Shown here: piece after piece, positions 26,534 to 39,660 of the stretch | Numbering within the stretch: position 1 is the stretch's first letter | Layout of the letters: each line of letters begins with the position of its first letter | From: Octopus bimaculoides | Lineage: Eukaryota | DNA: 51,388 nt | Assembly (NCBI RefSeq): GCF_001194135.2 | Contig: NC_068988.1 | Span: 62,618,754 to 62,670,141, forward strand | Reading direction: 5' to 3' | Translations under genes and position numbers: made by a program | Notes under the pieces: generated by a model | Databases searched by the model: none | Told to the model about the DNA's origin: nothing | Seen by the model: only the letters and a program-made list of their open reading frames with translations

Positions 26534-27396
26534 TTCATATATATATATATATATGCGTATACACACACACACTCGTACACACACACGCACACACACAAAC
26601 ACACACACACACACATATATAAATATATATAAGCATACGTGCAAGCCTGCGTGCGTTTCCTCTGTGTGTATAGTTGAGTGTGTTTACGTTAAGAAACGTA
26701 AGTGTGCAAGTATGTTGTTTGTATATATGAATTTTCTTACTATCAACCAATCTAATAGCGTTTATGACGTTATCAAATCTAGAGATTCAATTTTGAATAT
26801 AAACCAAAAATTGCTAGGTTCATTATATTAACACGACGACAATAAATAGGAACCGACTTCAAAGGACAAATGAAATTTATTGATTTTTTTTCCCATAAAA
26901 ATATACCATGTCATAAAAATATAGAGAAAAATCCCATTAACATTGCAATCACATAAAACAGCAAAACTTGCAATCGTTATTAACTAATGCAACGATTATC
27001 GCATCGGTTGCAATATTATAATCAACAGAGGAAGAAGAAAAAAAGGGACAGTACTCACATGGAGATATATATGATTGGAATAACTGAGAAAAATTCAGAG
27101 ACTGACAAGAGAGTGAGATCTAGCGATGGAAAATTAGAGTGAGTGCGTTGAGAGGATGAAGATGTGTTCAGAAAAGAAAACGATATGCATTATAAGAGAG
27201 GGTGTGAGAGAAATTAGCAGATCGATACACACATTAAAGGGAGGGAGACGGAAAAATATGGAAATAGAATATGATTATTAGTGGATAGTGAAAAGACATA
27301 TACAAGACACGACAAAAATGTGAGTGAATATATGGAGATATATTTAGATAAGTATGTGTGTGCGCGTGTGTACATACATAAATGGGTGTATATGCA

Positions 27397-27459
<63 letters not shown>

Positions 27460-27684
27460 ATCTCTCTATATATATGTGTATGCATGTATGTATGTATATA
27501 TATGCATGCATACGTAAAGAGATAGTGAGCGAATAGTAGACCATTTAATAATGTTTACTTCTTTAAGGATGGTGGTGGAATGAGAAAAATGCAAGAACGT
27601 GTGAGAGAGCGTGAAGGAACGTGTAGAAAGCGTTTTGCAAATGTGGTTGTGTATTATATGTGCGTGTGTATGTATTAGTACACA

Positions 27685-27720
<36 letters not shown>

Positions 27721-27769
27721 TATATATATATAAGTATATATATATAAAATTGTGTGTATNNNNNNNNNN

Positions 27770-27812
<43 letters not shown>

Positions 27813-28287
27813 TATATATGTATATCTATATAGGAATTCTTACTTGCACATTTACAGTTACGAACAAAAATATGCAGACACACACACATCATACACCTAT
27901 ACATCCTTGCGCTTGCGCGTGCGTGTATGTGTGTTTGTGTATATGTGTGTGCTCACGGCCGTGAGTGTGTGTGTGTGTCTGTGTCTGTGTTGAAGAAAAA
28001 GAGCAGACAGAAAGAGATATATAAAGGTAAATATAGACAGCGCTACAAAAATTAGAAAGAATAGACCGAAACGGCGAAACGAGAGACAGTGACGGATGGA
28101 TAGAGTGGGAAATATTACTTTATAACTTTTATCTATGATGAAATGATTTTTTCTCAAAATGACTCACATGATATTAATGCTAGCATGAGCTTCGATTTGA
28201 TGTAAGGAAATGACCTATTTCCAGGAAATTAGAGAAATAAATAGGAAGACATATAGAGAACATGCGTTTTTTTGTTGTTTTTTTTTA

Positions 28288-28289
<2 letters not shown>

Positions 28290-28358
<69 letters not shown>
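28290..28358. repeat. (GA)n microsatellite
   Basis: Direct reading. Confidence 0.97.
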
Positions 28359-28361
<3 letters not shown>

Positions 28362-29082
28362 AAGAACTGTCTGAGCAACAGGAATAGTAATAGCATGATT
28401 GAAACAGTAAAAGAGCGTGATAGAAGCAAGATGGGAGAAAGAGAGAGAGAGGGAGAGAGAGAGAGAGAGAGGGAGGGAGAGAAAATAAACATAAAGCATG
28501 TAAAAATTAAAAATGAAATGATGACAGAGAATGTACAATAGGGGTAGCTAGACTATAAGACTGTGAACACTTAATGTTCCAGGGAACACAAGAGGTGGGT
28601 GGCAGCAGATAACTGTTGAAAACGGGAAAATATAATGATCTGAGAGCACATGGTTGGGATATCTGAATGTGGCTATATGCATCTTATTGTGTGTATATGG
28701 GTGAGCATGTGTCTGGAAACAGAAGCGCTCACGTGATTTCTATATGGTTGCACGCTGTTTGATTTAGATATAAATGTCGATGTTTATTACTATCTCGCCA
28801 TAATATATTACTGATGTGTTCATTCACTGTTTAGTTTAAAATAACAAATACAATAAACAGCAGTGTCGATATAAAGGGTATGGATTTCATTTCGATATTT
28901 GAATACACGGTCTGTTCTGTATTATGTAGATACGTAGATGCGAGGATATTCTGGATAATTTGCCTTTATACACAAAAAATAATTACGAACATATCTATCT
29001 ATTTCCCCATATCTCTCTCTTCCTCTCCCCTCTCTCTCTATGTATACTTATATATATATACACATATATATAAACCTTTGTG

Positions 29083-29117
<35 letters not shown>

Positions 29118-29159
29118 TTTCGCACATACACAAACACCCACACACACATGTAAAAATAA

Positions 29160-29333
29160 GCGTGTGGCTGTGTGATAAGAACTTTGCTTCCAAACCACGT
29201 GGTTCCGGGTTCGGTTCCGGGTTCAGTTCCGCTACGTAGCACCTCAGGCAAGTGTCTTCTACTATAGACTTGGGCCGACCAAAACCTTTTGAGTTGATTT
29301 TGTAGACGGAAACTGAAAGAAGCCCGTCGTACA
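29160..29333 (+). mobile_element. SINE family A head with tandem duplication of the B-box-adjacent 12-mer GGTTCCGGGTTC
   Basis: GTGGCTGTGTGATAAG...GGTTCCGGGTTCGGTTCCGGGTTCAGTTCC...GTAGACGGAAACTGAAAGAAGCCCGTCGTA. Confidence 0.9.
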
Positions 29334-31931
29334 TATATATATACTTTTTTTTTCAGGATTAAATAAAAAGATAACAAACAGAAAATATGACCTACCTATA
29401 TAATATAAAAAAATGTGTAGTAAATATGCAAACGAAGATATACTAAATACAGAGGCGGACATAAAATATAGAAGGTCACCAATTCTTCATCAATTATCGG
29501 CCAGAGGATTCAAATGCAATATCAGCCATTATCCATAATATTGCTTCCACTCTGGAGGCACCGACAAGAAACTAGCCGTGAATGGGACTTAAAGATAAAA
29601 CAAAACTGGCTCGAGATGAGACTGTTAGTGAATTGACGGGGGGACAAAACGATAAACAGAATAAAGGTTTAGGGCAACACGAAGACAACAATCAATAATG
29701 ATAATACATATAAAAATTAAAGACTTGGGGCTGCAAGACAAGACAAAAATTGATAAGGCGAAGGAGAAATGAAAGCTGTTCTAAAGGATTATATACGGGA
29801 GGGATAGAGGGAGAGGCTCAGAATGTCGTGTCCAGTACGGTCGAAGGTAACGGGAAAAAGTGGGAGGAGGGTAACGGAGAAAGACAAGGAGTGAGAGAGA
29901 GGGAGAGAAGGAGAGAATGAAAGGAAATTAGTCAGTAGGCAAAACAATGATCTAGCAATGGACTAGGGAAAAGTTTAAGGGTTATTTCCTTATAAAGGAG
30001 GAACTAAGATGTTTGAAAAGTTGTGAAAAGAAGTTAGCAAGAAAATAATACAAAAACATTACTGACATGTCTAGAAAGCGAGCTGTACTTATGTATAATC
30101 TGCAGCTGATATTTATCCAAAACAATATCGTAGGGTTATAATGATACTGTACTTACTGGAATATTACAGAGAACACCACATGTTGTCCACAATGAGATAG
30201 ACCGATGTCTATCCATCTCTACAACTGGTCAATTATATTTGAAACAAGGGCAAAATTTAAAACCGTTTCAATGGATATGTAAAAAAAGAGAAAAATAAGT
30301 AAATAAAGGTTGCGGTGAAGAAGACTATGATATACGTGTTACGAGGCCAATTATGGCTTTTTGCAACTTCTAGACATAACATGAATAAGAATAAATGAAT
30401 AGATCAATAGATAAATACAGTCAAACAAAATACTATAACTTTTTATAGTTAAGGGGAGACAACTAATACAGATTTTACATTAGAATATTTTTTAAAAATT
30501 ACTTCAATAATGTTGGATTTTACATCCTAGATAGCAAATATAAATAAGAGTGGTAGTAATAATGAGCAAACAATTACATTTGTACACATTCCTAAGAAAA
30601 TTCCACCTTTTAGGTACACGAAAGGCAAAATCACAAAACCAGTAATATTTAAGCGATTAAAATTAAAGACCACAACACATGTTAGATAGTACTATGACTA
30701 TAATTCTCATGTTCAAACAGCTTACTAAATATACATAATAAGCATTACATTTTCCTAAAAGTTATACTGTTCATATCATTAAATTTAATAATTTAAAAAT
30801 TATACTGACCCTAAATAGGTGCAGTCATACTAGGTCCACCAACAAATTACACTTTCAATCCTACATAGTAAACCCATATTATACAAATATCTCCTGGTAG
30901 TGTCCAAGTGCAGAACCATACATTGTATAGTTGAGGAATATAACATTGAGTTGAATAAATAAAATAAATCATACAGGGGGCCGTGAAGTTATTCTTAAGT
31001 GGGTAGGGCTATTAAGGTTTATTTTAAGTGGAAGAAGACCAATAAGATGGTAGAGAACTAATACCAGATTACAGCAAGTGCCAACAAGCACATCCATGGT
31101 ATGAAAGGTACAGGAGGATAAAACAGAACAAAATAAACCAAGTTAACATTTAGAATAGTAATTAGAATTTGAATTAGTTATTAAGGGTTGTAACATTTCG
31201 GTTGAATACATATCTCCTTTGTGTTCTCAATTAAGTTCATGAATGAAGTATCTAGTATTATTACAAGGGGGTAGTTGGTTATATTAAGGAGGAATGGCTT
31301 AATTGGTATAAGATGTAGGAGATTGATATGGGTGGGGGTACGCGACTGTTGTTGTAGACTGTAGCGCCTGCTCATCTTTTAAACTTTTTGTTTATAATGT
31401 TACTCGGCTGTCTGGCAGTCACATAACTGCGCAAAGCTTCTATTAGCTTGTTTAGTTGCCAGCAACTCAACCATGAATAGATAGTACTCGAATACATTTT
31501 GACCTCAGACGTTCATAAAATTGGTCATGACCTGATAAGTATGCGATCATAAATCAACTTCAAATGTTCGAGTTCAAACAACGGCCAGAAAATGGTAATT
31601 GCAAAATATTACAAAGAAGAATAAAATGCTTTGTTATATGGGATAAAAAGAAAAGAAGTGTTAAGCTAATGAACCTATCCTTTCCTTGGAAAAATATATG
31701 ATATTTTAATGAGTAACCCAATTGGAAGTCAAGAGACAGAAATACAATAGAATAGTAGTGAAGAACGCCAGTAGATGATGGAAGCATCTCATTTAGGATA
31801 GGATAGAGTCATTGAGATAACGTCAAGAATAGAAAAATTATGAGTGCTATGGCCAGGACGAAAATAAAACATAAAATCTAAATAGGTATGATGATAGATA
31901 TAATCATCTTTAATATGTGTGTACGTACATG

Positions 31932-31963
<32 letters not shown>

Positions 31964-32185
31964 CGTGTATGTATGTGTGTATCTCAATGCGTTGATATGT
32001 ATACAGCGTAGAATTGTTTCTTTATGTTTGTAGGTTTTGTGAAGATGTTTCCATACGTTTCGGACCGATGCTTTTTTCGCCGAGTTCATAAGGAAAAGAA
32101 TGATTTCATGCACCATAGCCCGAGGCTATGTGTATAAACACACACGAATGCGTTCAAGTTTATATATATATGTGTGTGTGTGTGC

Positions 32186-32255
<70 letters not shown>

Positions 32256-32376
32256 ATATAAATATGTGTGTGTGTACGTATGTATATATGCATACATATA
32301 TGTGAGCATGCATGTCTATATGTACATGTGAATATGTGTGTGCATATATATATATATGTATATATGTGTGTATATA

Positions 32377-32464
<88 letters not shown>

Positions 32465-33611
32465 TGAGTGTGTACAAATACAAACGTATGAGATGCAGAT
32501 TTGCTGAAATTGTTTGAAATTCAGTACCACGCTTCATTGAATAAATTACTCAGATTTATACGTAATTAAAACGTATACACACACAAACACACAAACACAC
32601 AAACGCACAAGCACTCATGCGCACGCAAAAATATTTTACAAGCATTGCCTTACGTTTGCAAGATTCATATTGCAAATATAGTGTAACATACATTATACGT
32701 TCAGAAAGAAGACATTTTGCCAATAAGAAACACTGCATGACTTTTTGCTTTGAGCAAAATGATCGTTTCAAATATATAAGTACGTATATACTAATGTGAG
32801 TGTATGTGTTCATGTGTATGTGTGTAAAAGAGCGTCTCTCTGTCTGTGTGGATGCCTGCGTGCGTGAATGACATGTCACACAAAGCTAATGTTTGATATT
32901 CAGTTTCTTACTCCGATTTAAGTGACATTTGTATTTAATCAAGCCACAAATCTATATCAGGTTTTCGTAGTTATATACATTTGTCACTCCAACTCCATTA
33001 TCAACGTTGTCAGTGTTTTGTTAGTGAAATCTACCTGTGTACGAAAAATATCTGGATATTCCCCAATTACGAGAGAGTCATCTTCTTGTTTGACTCCCTA
33101 GAAACAAGAAAGTAAATAGCTCTCTACATGTATGTGCTAATTTCCATGTCAGCACGTATGTTAGCCAACTTCTTTCATCATACGTTTGCACGCTGAAGGT
33201 AAAGAAATATCTACGGTTTAAAAAAACAGCATCGTCATCACCAATACCAACATTATGCGCAAGAGCATTTATGATAACTTATACGCAACCCAAACAAAAT
33301 AGTGAAAGGAGTTTAGCTAAGCAGCGGAAACAATGTTGAAAATATTGCATGGTAACTTCCTGAAGGTTCACGAAAAGAATACCATACCGATAGTGCATTA
33401 TATACTCTAGATATCGTGCCTATCAATTTGGTGAACCTTGTCCATGCTATTATATCAAATGGAAGCCCTACCCATTAAACATTTTCAAATATATTGTCCT
33501 TGAGAAAAATACGTTTCTCTAGAAATCGTTGAATTTTAGTTCTGCAAACCTGAGCGATTATAAATGTTTTAATAGTAAAATTTTTTACAGATTGAACTGT
33601 CCTTGAAGATA

Positions 33612-34501
33612 CGAAGTCTGATCAATAAGTATCAGGACTTTTGCTATACTAATGAATTTAAAGCACGCAGAGTAAAGCGGCTTGGTAAAAGTTGACCTTA
33701 AACGCTGCTCTGCATGCACACTAAGTGTTAACGTTGTATCTTACGTCCGCTGTTTACAGCAGTGCTTGGAAGGTAGGTGTGTAGCGTGTGATCGTAGAAT
33801 TGGTCATGACACAGAAAGCTGTCATGGCGATACCTGCTCAGAGGCCTACGCAAAGTTGCAGAAGGTGTATGGAGAGGAGTGCATGAGCCGCACAGAAGTG
33901 TGCGAATGGCTGAGACATTTCCAGGATGGCCGATAAAGTCGATATTTATGAACGATCTGGGAGACCTGCAACCAGCAGAACTGAGAAAAACTGCACCGAT
34001 GTGCATGCAGATGTGAGGTGAAATCGTCGAATCACCATCTGTGAGTTATCAGAGGATGTGCAAATTAGTTACTGTTCAATTCAGTCCGTTATCACTTAAG
34101 ATTTGGGTATGAGACGCGTATGTGCCAAATTTGTGCCAAAATTGCTTTCAGCTGACCAAAAAGATACTTGGATTTCAGTAGCACAAGATCTCTATGATTG
34201 TGTAGAGAACGATGAAAACATTTTGACAAATTTGCATCGGCCTGTGAACAGGTATGTCCAAGCTTTTGGAGAAAAATTTGATGCAGTTTCTCTGCTCAAC
34301 TTTTTGGTTATGATCAATGCGATGATCACACGTTACACACCTTCCAAGCACTGCTGGAAACAGCAGAAGTGAGCTAGAACGTTACAACTTGGTACGCATG
34401 CACAACGGTGTTCATGGTCAATCTGTGCCAAGCGGCTTAACTCTGCGTACATTAACATCGTTACTATTGCAACAGTCCGGATACTTATTGATTAGACCAC
34501 T
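33612..34501 (+). mobile_element. Internally deleted mariner-family DNA transposon with TA TSD and ~195-bp inverted termini
   Basis: TA at 33610-33611 and 34502-34503; terminal (CGAA/AGTG)GTCT(G/A)ATCAATAAGTATC(A/C)GGACT on both ends; inverted arms 33612-33807 and 34310-34501. Confidence 0.9.
33806..34285 (+). pseudogene. Mariner transposase remnant (N-terminal HTH region joined to extreme C-terminus; catalytic domain missing)
   Basis: Frameshifted translation: AYAKLQKVYGEECMSRTEVCEWLRHFQDGR, ERSGRPATSRT, RRITICELSE, DLGMRRVCAKFVPKLLSADQK; the SGRP and VCAKFVPKLL motifs are mariner-type. Confidence 0.88.
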
Positions 34502-34825
34502 TATAATTCCACAAACCCGAGAGTTATTCAACGTCATCACTTGATGCAAAACTGTAGCTCAATTTAAAAAAACTAACGAGCTGATACATACCGTACAGAG
34601 CAAGTCACACTTTATGTATGAGAATTACGTGAGCCTAAAATATGTACTTATATATGTGCCACCAATAACGAGGATCACCGAAAAATGAACATTTCGTGTA
34701 GAATGTTATTTTAAAGAAAGAACAAGATGTTTGGGCTAAACTTGACATTTGAATAAAACAGAAAAGAAAATACAATATTTCATATAAGATTAAGAGTATT
34801 TAAAAAATTCAAACAAATATCAATA

Positions 34826-35450
34826 TGTTCGGCCTTAGATTGCAGATAGAGCACTTGCTGTCTTTTTCAACTGCACCCCAGACATAGTAATCCATAGGAT
34901 TATACCCGAGAGAATACGGACGCCAAAAATTGGGGTTGGTGAACTGGTAGAAATTCTCTGACAACCACTTCTAACTCTGTCAGGAGATATAAAAAGAGGC
35001 TGAATCCTGCTGCCACTTATATGGCCTTTCAGCAGCAACTCTTTCAAGCAATCCCCAGTAACTTCATATAAATGTCTGAATTGAGCCTGAAGTCCTGATC
35101 AAGGATGTAGGGCTGAATTCCAGTATGCGTACGGAGTCTGAATACCTGATGTTTTCTTCCTGCTGGTTGTAGGCCACACATTCTCCATTTGAGGTGACCA
35201 TGTTACGTGTTACAGCTTTACAGCGTTCCCAGGACATTTTGAAACCCTGCGCCAATAATCATGGTGCAGGTAACTCTTTTCTAATGCTCAGATGGCTCCA
35301 ACTCTGCATGTCAGGTAACTTTTACTCAAAAGCAACTTTAAACCTTATGTTCTCCAATGCCGAAGACTGTTCCTGGGCACATCAAGTTGTTCCGTATAAA
35401 ACGCGAGATAATAAATCATCAAATTTAGTCCTAATATCTATCTTGTAACA
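34826..35450 (-). mobile_element. Truncated non-autonomous DD37D (maT-type) Tc1/mariner element
   Basis: Minus strand RPYKWQQDSA...NFWRPYSLGYNPMDYYVWGAVEKD; D codons at 35004-35006 and 34890-34892 are separated by exactly 37 codons; also RLNSDIYMKLL. Confidence 0.88.
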
Positions 35451-36869
35451 TGACCTTTTCACGATAAGTTCAGAATTTGTTACAATCTGAACCAAAATTG
35501 ATTCGAGCAAACCGGAATCAATTTTTGACACCAAAATTAAAAACAACCCTTTACGATTTAATCCTTATCCTAGGTTTCAATGTATTTATTAGATTGGATG
35601 ATCTATTTCTTTTATTTCTTTTGAAAATGTTCATATCGTATATGATAAGAATTTGAAACGTTATCAGAAATATTTATTAGAAATGTTTATTTAGTAATAA
35701 AATAGAATGAAAAACGTTTTGTGAGTTAATATATTCTATATATTTTAGAAAATGAATAAGGTATAAATTCATTCATTGGCAGATTAAGAATCAAGTATGG
35801 TGGAAAATGTGCGCACTTTAATTTGTGTGTCACAAATGATTAATCTCGTCTTGCAAACGAATTCCTATCTCATATATAATTTTAACCATTGGTAAAGGTT
35901 TAAGAATTTGATAAATTATTACTTGATAAATATGTTAGCGAAGCACACAAGTGCACTAGAATTCGTGTACACAAGCTTTGAGATTCCAGGGTTATAATTG
36001 AATGAAAGTTCAAGATATTGGTGAATTAGTAAACATGTTTGGCAATGATTGATAGTTGGTTATTAAAGAGAAGCGAAATTGTCGGTGGCATAATAGAATA
36101 TCGTTAATGTTCACTGATGTTATCTTTAATAAGGTTGTCTATTAAGACACGTTAGAAAAGAACTATTAATCGAAAACTAAATTGTTTCTGCATTTAGAAT
36201 TTTGCTGAGAGGGAGATTTTATTCTCCCTCAATCTATTATAAGATACGACATACAATTTGATGTTGGGAAATGAAGTAGAATATCTGAAGAGGAATTAGT
36301 GATATTTTGAACTGTCCTTAGGAAGATAGAGAAGCTTCCATGGCTTCTTCAAAACTGATAACCTTTGCTGCCAGCGGTTATATACTAATCTGTGCAAGTG
36401 AATTATGTTATTCTCAAAATTCTGAAATATTCGCCATGCTGGTACCTATGCTTAAAGTATGGTTTCCTGGAGTGAATCAAATACTCTTGGTAATAACGGA
36501 AGTCAATTTTAGTTCATCAATACATAGTCGATGGCCATTCAATTACTTTCCAAAATTTCTTTATAATTATACTTAATGATTTTAAACCATCTAATACCGG
36601 ATTTTATTTAATTCTTGATGAGTTCTTTTAGGGGAAGATATTTGAATGAGATGCAGAGAATGAAATAAATATATTCAAAATATGTGGGTGGATGTTACGG
36701 TGAAAATAGACTTAGAAAGACGGGGGGATAATATAATGAAAATATTCATTCCTCGTAGAAGAGACGTGTTACATCACATCTATACTAATTATATATTTCC
36801 AACATTAGTATGTTTTCTTCAACAAAAACGGGCTCACCTCGAATGTCGCGGGTTACGATCCACACAGCT

Positions 36870-37800
36870 TACCTAACCTACGGTCTGGGAAGCGCCACAA
36901 ATTTCCCAGATAAGGTGCTCACCGCGTTAAGGTTGGTGCGGAAATGCGAGCCAGGCTTCAGATGATTACTGATGCCAACCCACTACAATCCCTCAACAGA
37001 TGAAGCGGGACTTAGAGACAGCATTGCTCGGAAAGATGTATGTTTCTGTGTCTGCAAACTCACGGGATTTAAATGAGATGTTGATTACTATGGAGTTGGC
37101 AGAAGACTTCTCAGATGCAAGAAATAGCCCAAGAACTCTGGAAAAGCGTTATGAGTACGCGCTTTGGTTCATGGAAGAGGGATTCGTAAGCCAGTGGGTA
37201 TTTATTGATGAATATGAGTACAATATTTGGACCAGGCAGTGTTTTGGACGAGCTTCTAGAGGCATTCCTGTTCTCCGAGTTGTCAACTGTCAGCGTGGGA
37301 AAAATGCAACGTGACTTTCGCTGTGTCGGGTGAAATCGGGCTGGTTCTCCATTCCATCGCGAACAGTACTGTTACAGGAAACTCTTTTTGAGAATTTGTT
37401 GGCGGAAACAGTTCGTGCGTATGCTGACATGTTCCCAGCGGATGAATCCGTCTACTTGATCTATGACAACGTGCGGCCACACGTTCGTGCCGATCTCCCA
37501 GCCGACCCACAGATCAGTCTGAAACTCTTGCCTCCCTACTTGCCGTTTCTTAACATAGACGCATTCTAGCTTTAAGGCGGCCGTCAAGCGGGACTTCGCT
37601 TGAGCTAAGTTACTTCAAAAAGTTGGCGACAGGCCAGCTGCAGAAGAAGCCAGCATTACCATGGAAGAATGGCGAGCGCATGTCATGCAAGAGGTCATAA
37701 AATGTTATACAACCGGCGTAACATCAAAGCTATCAAACCATAAAATTGCGTTCTTTCGTATAGACAACCCAGATCTACATCTCGAGATGCCTCGACCGCC
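36870..37800 (+). pseudogene. IS630/Tc1-like DDE transposase pseudogene
   Basis: Frameshifted translation: RVKVGAEMRARLQ, RNSPRTLEKRYEYALWF, WVFIDE.. NIWTR.. GRA.. QRGKN, VYLIYDNVRPH, LKLLPPYLPFLN, FKAAVKRD. Confidence 0.88.
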
Positions 37801-38199
37801 AGGAAATGGACTGCTGAATCCTCTCAAACAAACTCTCCTTATCAAGACTGTAAATCAATAATTATCTTTGTGCTCATAGCTTCCTTTCCCTAATGAAAGA
37901 AATAAATGCAAAATCAAAGAAATCTGTACATTTCCAAACAAGACATGTTATGCAAAGGAAGAACACATCACAACGCAATATATTTAAAATCAAAGAAAAT
38001 GTCCATTTGTTGTTATTGTGAGTTTCTTTAAAAAGGCTGAAAAGGCTGGAATGCAATTTTCATGAAGTCTTTAACAATAAATACATGTACCTTACAAAAA
38101 TAAAAGAATACACAGAAAAGACAGGTATGATGGAGTGTGTAAAGTATAAACAATGGATGAAAACACGTTATTATGATAACAATGATCATGTGATAAAAC

Positions 38200-38471
38200 C
38201 AAAACAGATATCGTGTTAATTTGATTGTTGGAAGTGTTAAAGAGATTGCTCTGAAACGAATTTGAATGCTCGAAATGAAGCTTCTTCGCATTCCATGTAA
38301 GTTACATGCTCTCGACGGGCAATTTGATTTGAATGATATGAATGCTAAATTGTTTGATTGAAGTGCGAAATTGAATGATCGAAAAACGAATTTAGATGAC
38401 TAACTTCATTCAATGAATGATCAGATTATCAATTTGGATGATAAACGTACGAAAATGACTGCAAAAACCTA
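38200..38471 (+). mobile_element. Possible 3' subterminal/terminal region of the Tc1-like element
   Basis: Short GAATGAT/TTGAATG-type repeats ending AATGACTGCAAAAACC-TA; matching left terminus not found. Confidence 0.3.
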
Positions 38472-38759
38472 TATCTGATGAGCCATAATGCGTCATCCAC
38501 AAATGGAGCGAAAACCAAACTAGTATTCAGGTAAAAAATATGACAAATTGTGGGTGAACGTTGAAGACAATCAATATGTATATATATGTATATATGTATG
38601 CGTATGGGTATGTATATATATTTGTGTGTGTGTGTGCGTGTCAGTATGCGGTTCTATATGCAAGTGTGTGCACGTGTGCGTATATATGTGTATACCTATA
38701 TACATTGTTTTCTTTATTTCACTGATTTATTTCACCATTTTAACTTTCCTCCTTCACTT

Positions 38760-39660
38760 TAGCTAGTACACTCTCTAACTTCGTATAAATGCTTACGTCT
38801 ATTTTTAGAAACTTGACCATTATATCTCCTCATTCACCCTTTAATTCCTAGCACTCGTCCTAACTTTTTCACCCCTCTTCCCTCCTTCTCGGGGTTTACT
38901 ACTCACGTTTAATACTCCCCTCCCCTCTGTACCACATTATCTATCCATCCATGTTAGTGACTTTTCAAACCTATCCCCCCACCTACAACTTCTCCACATA
39001 CTCCTTCCTTACCTTCTTATCTCTTCTTTCTATCCTCCCCTATTCCTTTTATCTATTGATAGCTCTCCTCTCCTCACCCTTTATAATATCTTGACCAGCA
39101 TGTAGCAGTCCTCTTTTCTTTCCTTTTCTTCTTTATCATTTTCTTTTTCTCTTTTCCTTTTTCCTTCCCTACCTCTACTCTAACTGTTACGAATATCACC
39201 CTCTCCCATACCTACTTCTTTCTCCCTTCTAATATTCCTATCTATTCATTTCTTTCTTTACCTATTTCCCCTTATCTGTATAATTCTCAAGATTGATTTA
39301 TACCATAAGATCCTTTGAATGAACAACACGTGGAATTATTACCTGCATTTGAAATAACAACATATGAATTCTTATCGGACTTTACACATCATGGACAAGA
39401 AGACTATTTACCCATTCTACACAACACATTTCATTGATAACGGAACAGCAACTTTAACATCCAACACATAATTTTATTTTCGTGTTTTCCTTTTATACTT
39501 TCTGCATTATATCTAAATTCTTGTATATTTCTCCCTCTGCAGTATAACTTCTAAAAAAAATGAACTCTACTAATTCCTTCCATCGAAGCTCTTTTAATTC
39601 GTCTCTGAGGACGGGATATCATTTATTTCCTTGAAACAGCTGTAAGACATGATTCTATTT
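38760..39660 (+). mobile_element. Pyrimidine-rich probable Penelope-like terminal region ending in a hammerhead-like motif
   Basis: Long C/T-rich tract, then CTGAGGA...GAAACAGCTGTAAGAC; a related 3' motif lies at 3848-3874 on the minus strand. Confidence 0.45.
39601..39648 (+). ncRNA. Type I hammerhead ribozyme-like motif
   Basis: Stem I GTCT/AGAC; CTGAGGA 39605-39611; GAAA 39633-39636; palindromic CAGCTG; GUA site 39642-39644; stem II weak with C-U at its closing position. Confidence 0.6.

Noticed and set aside
30560-31370. Possible mitochondrial insertion (NUMT)
   Set aside because: No frame gave a recognisable cox, cob, nad or atp motif under the invertebrate mitochondrial code
35494-35525. 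11-bp inverted repeat AAAATTGATTC/GAATCAATTTT
   Set aside because: Short and AT-rich; not distinguishable from chance
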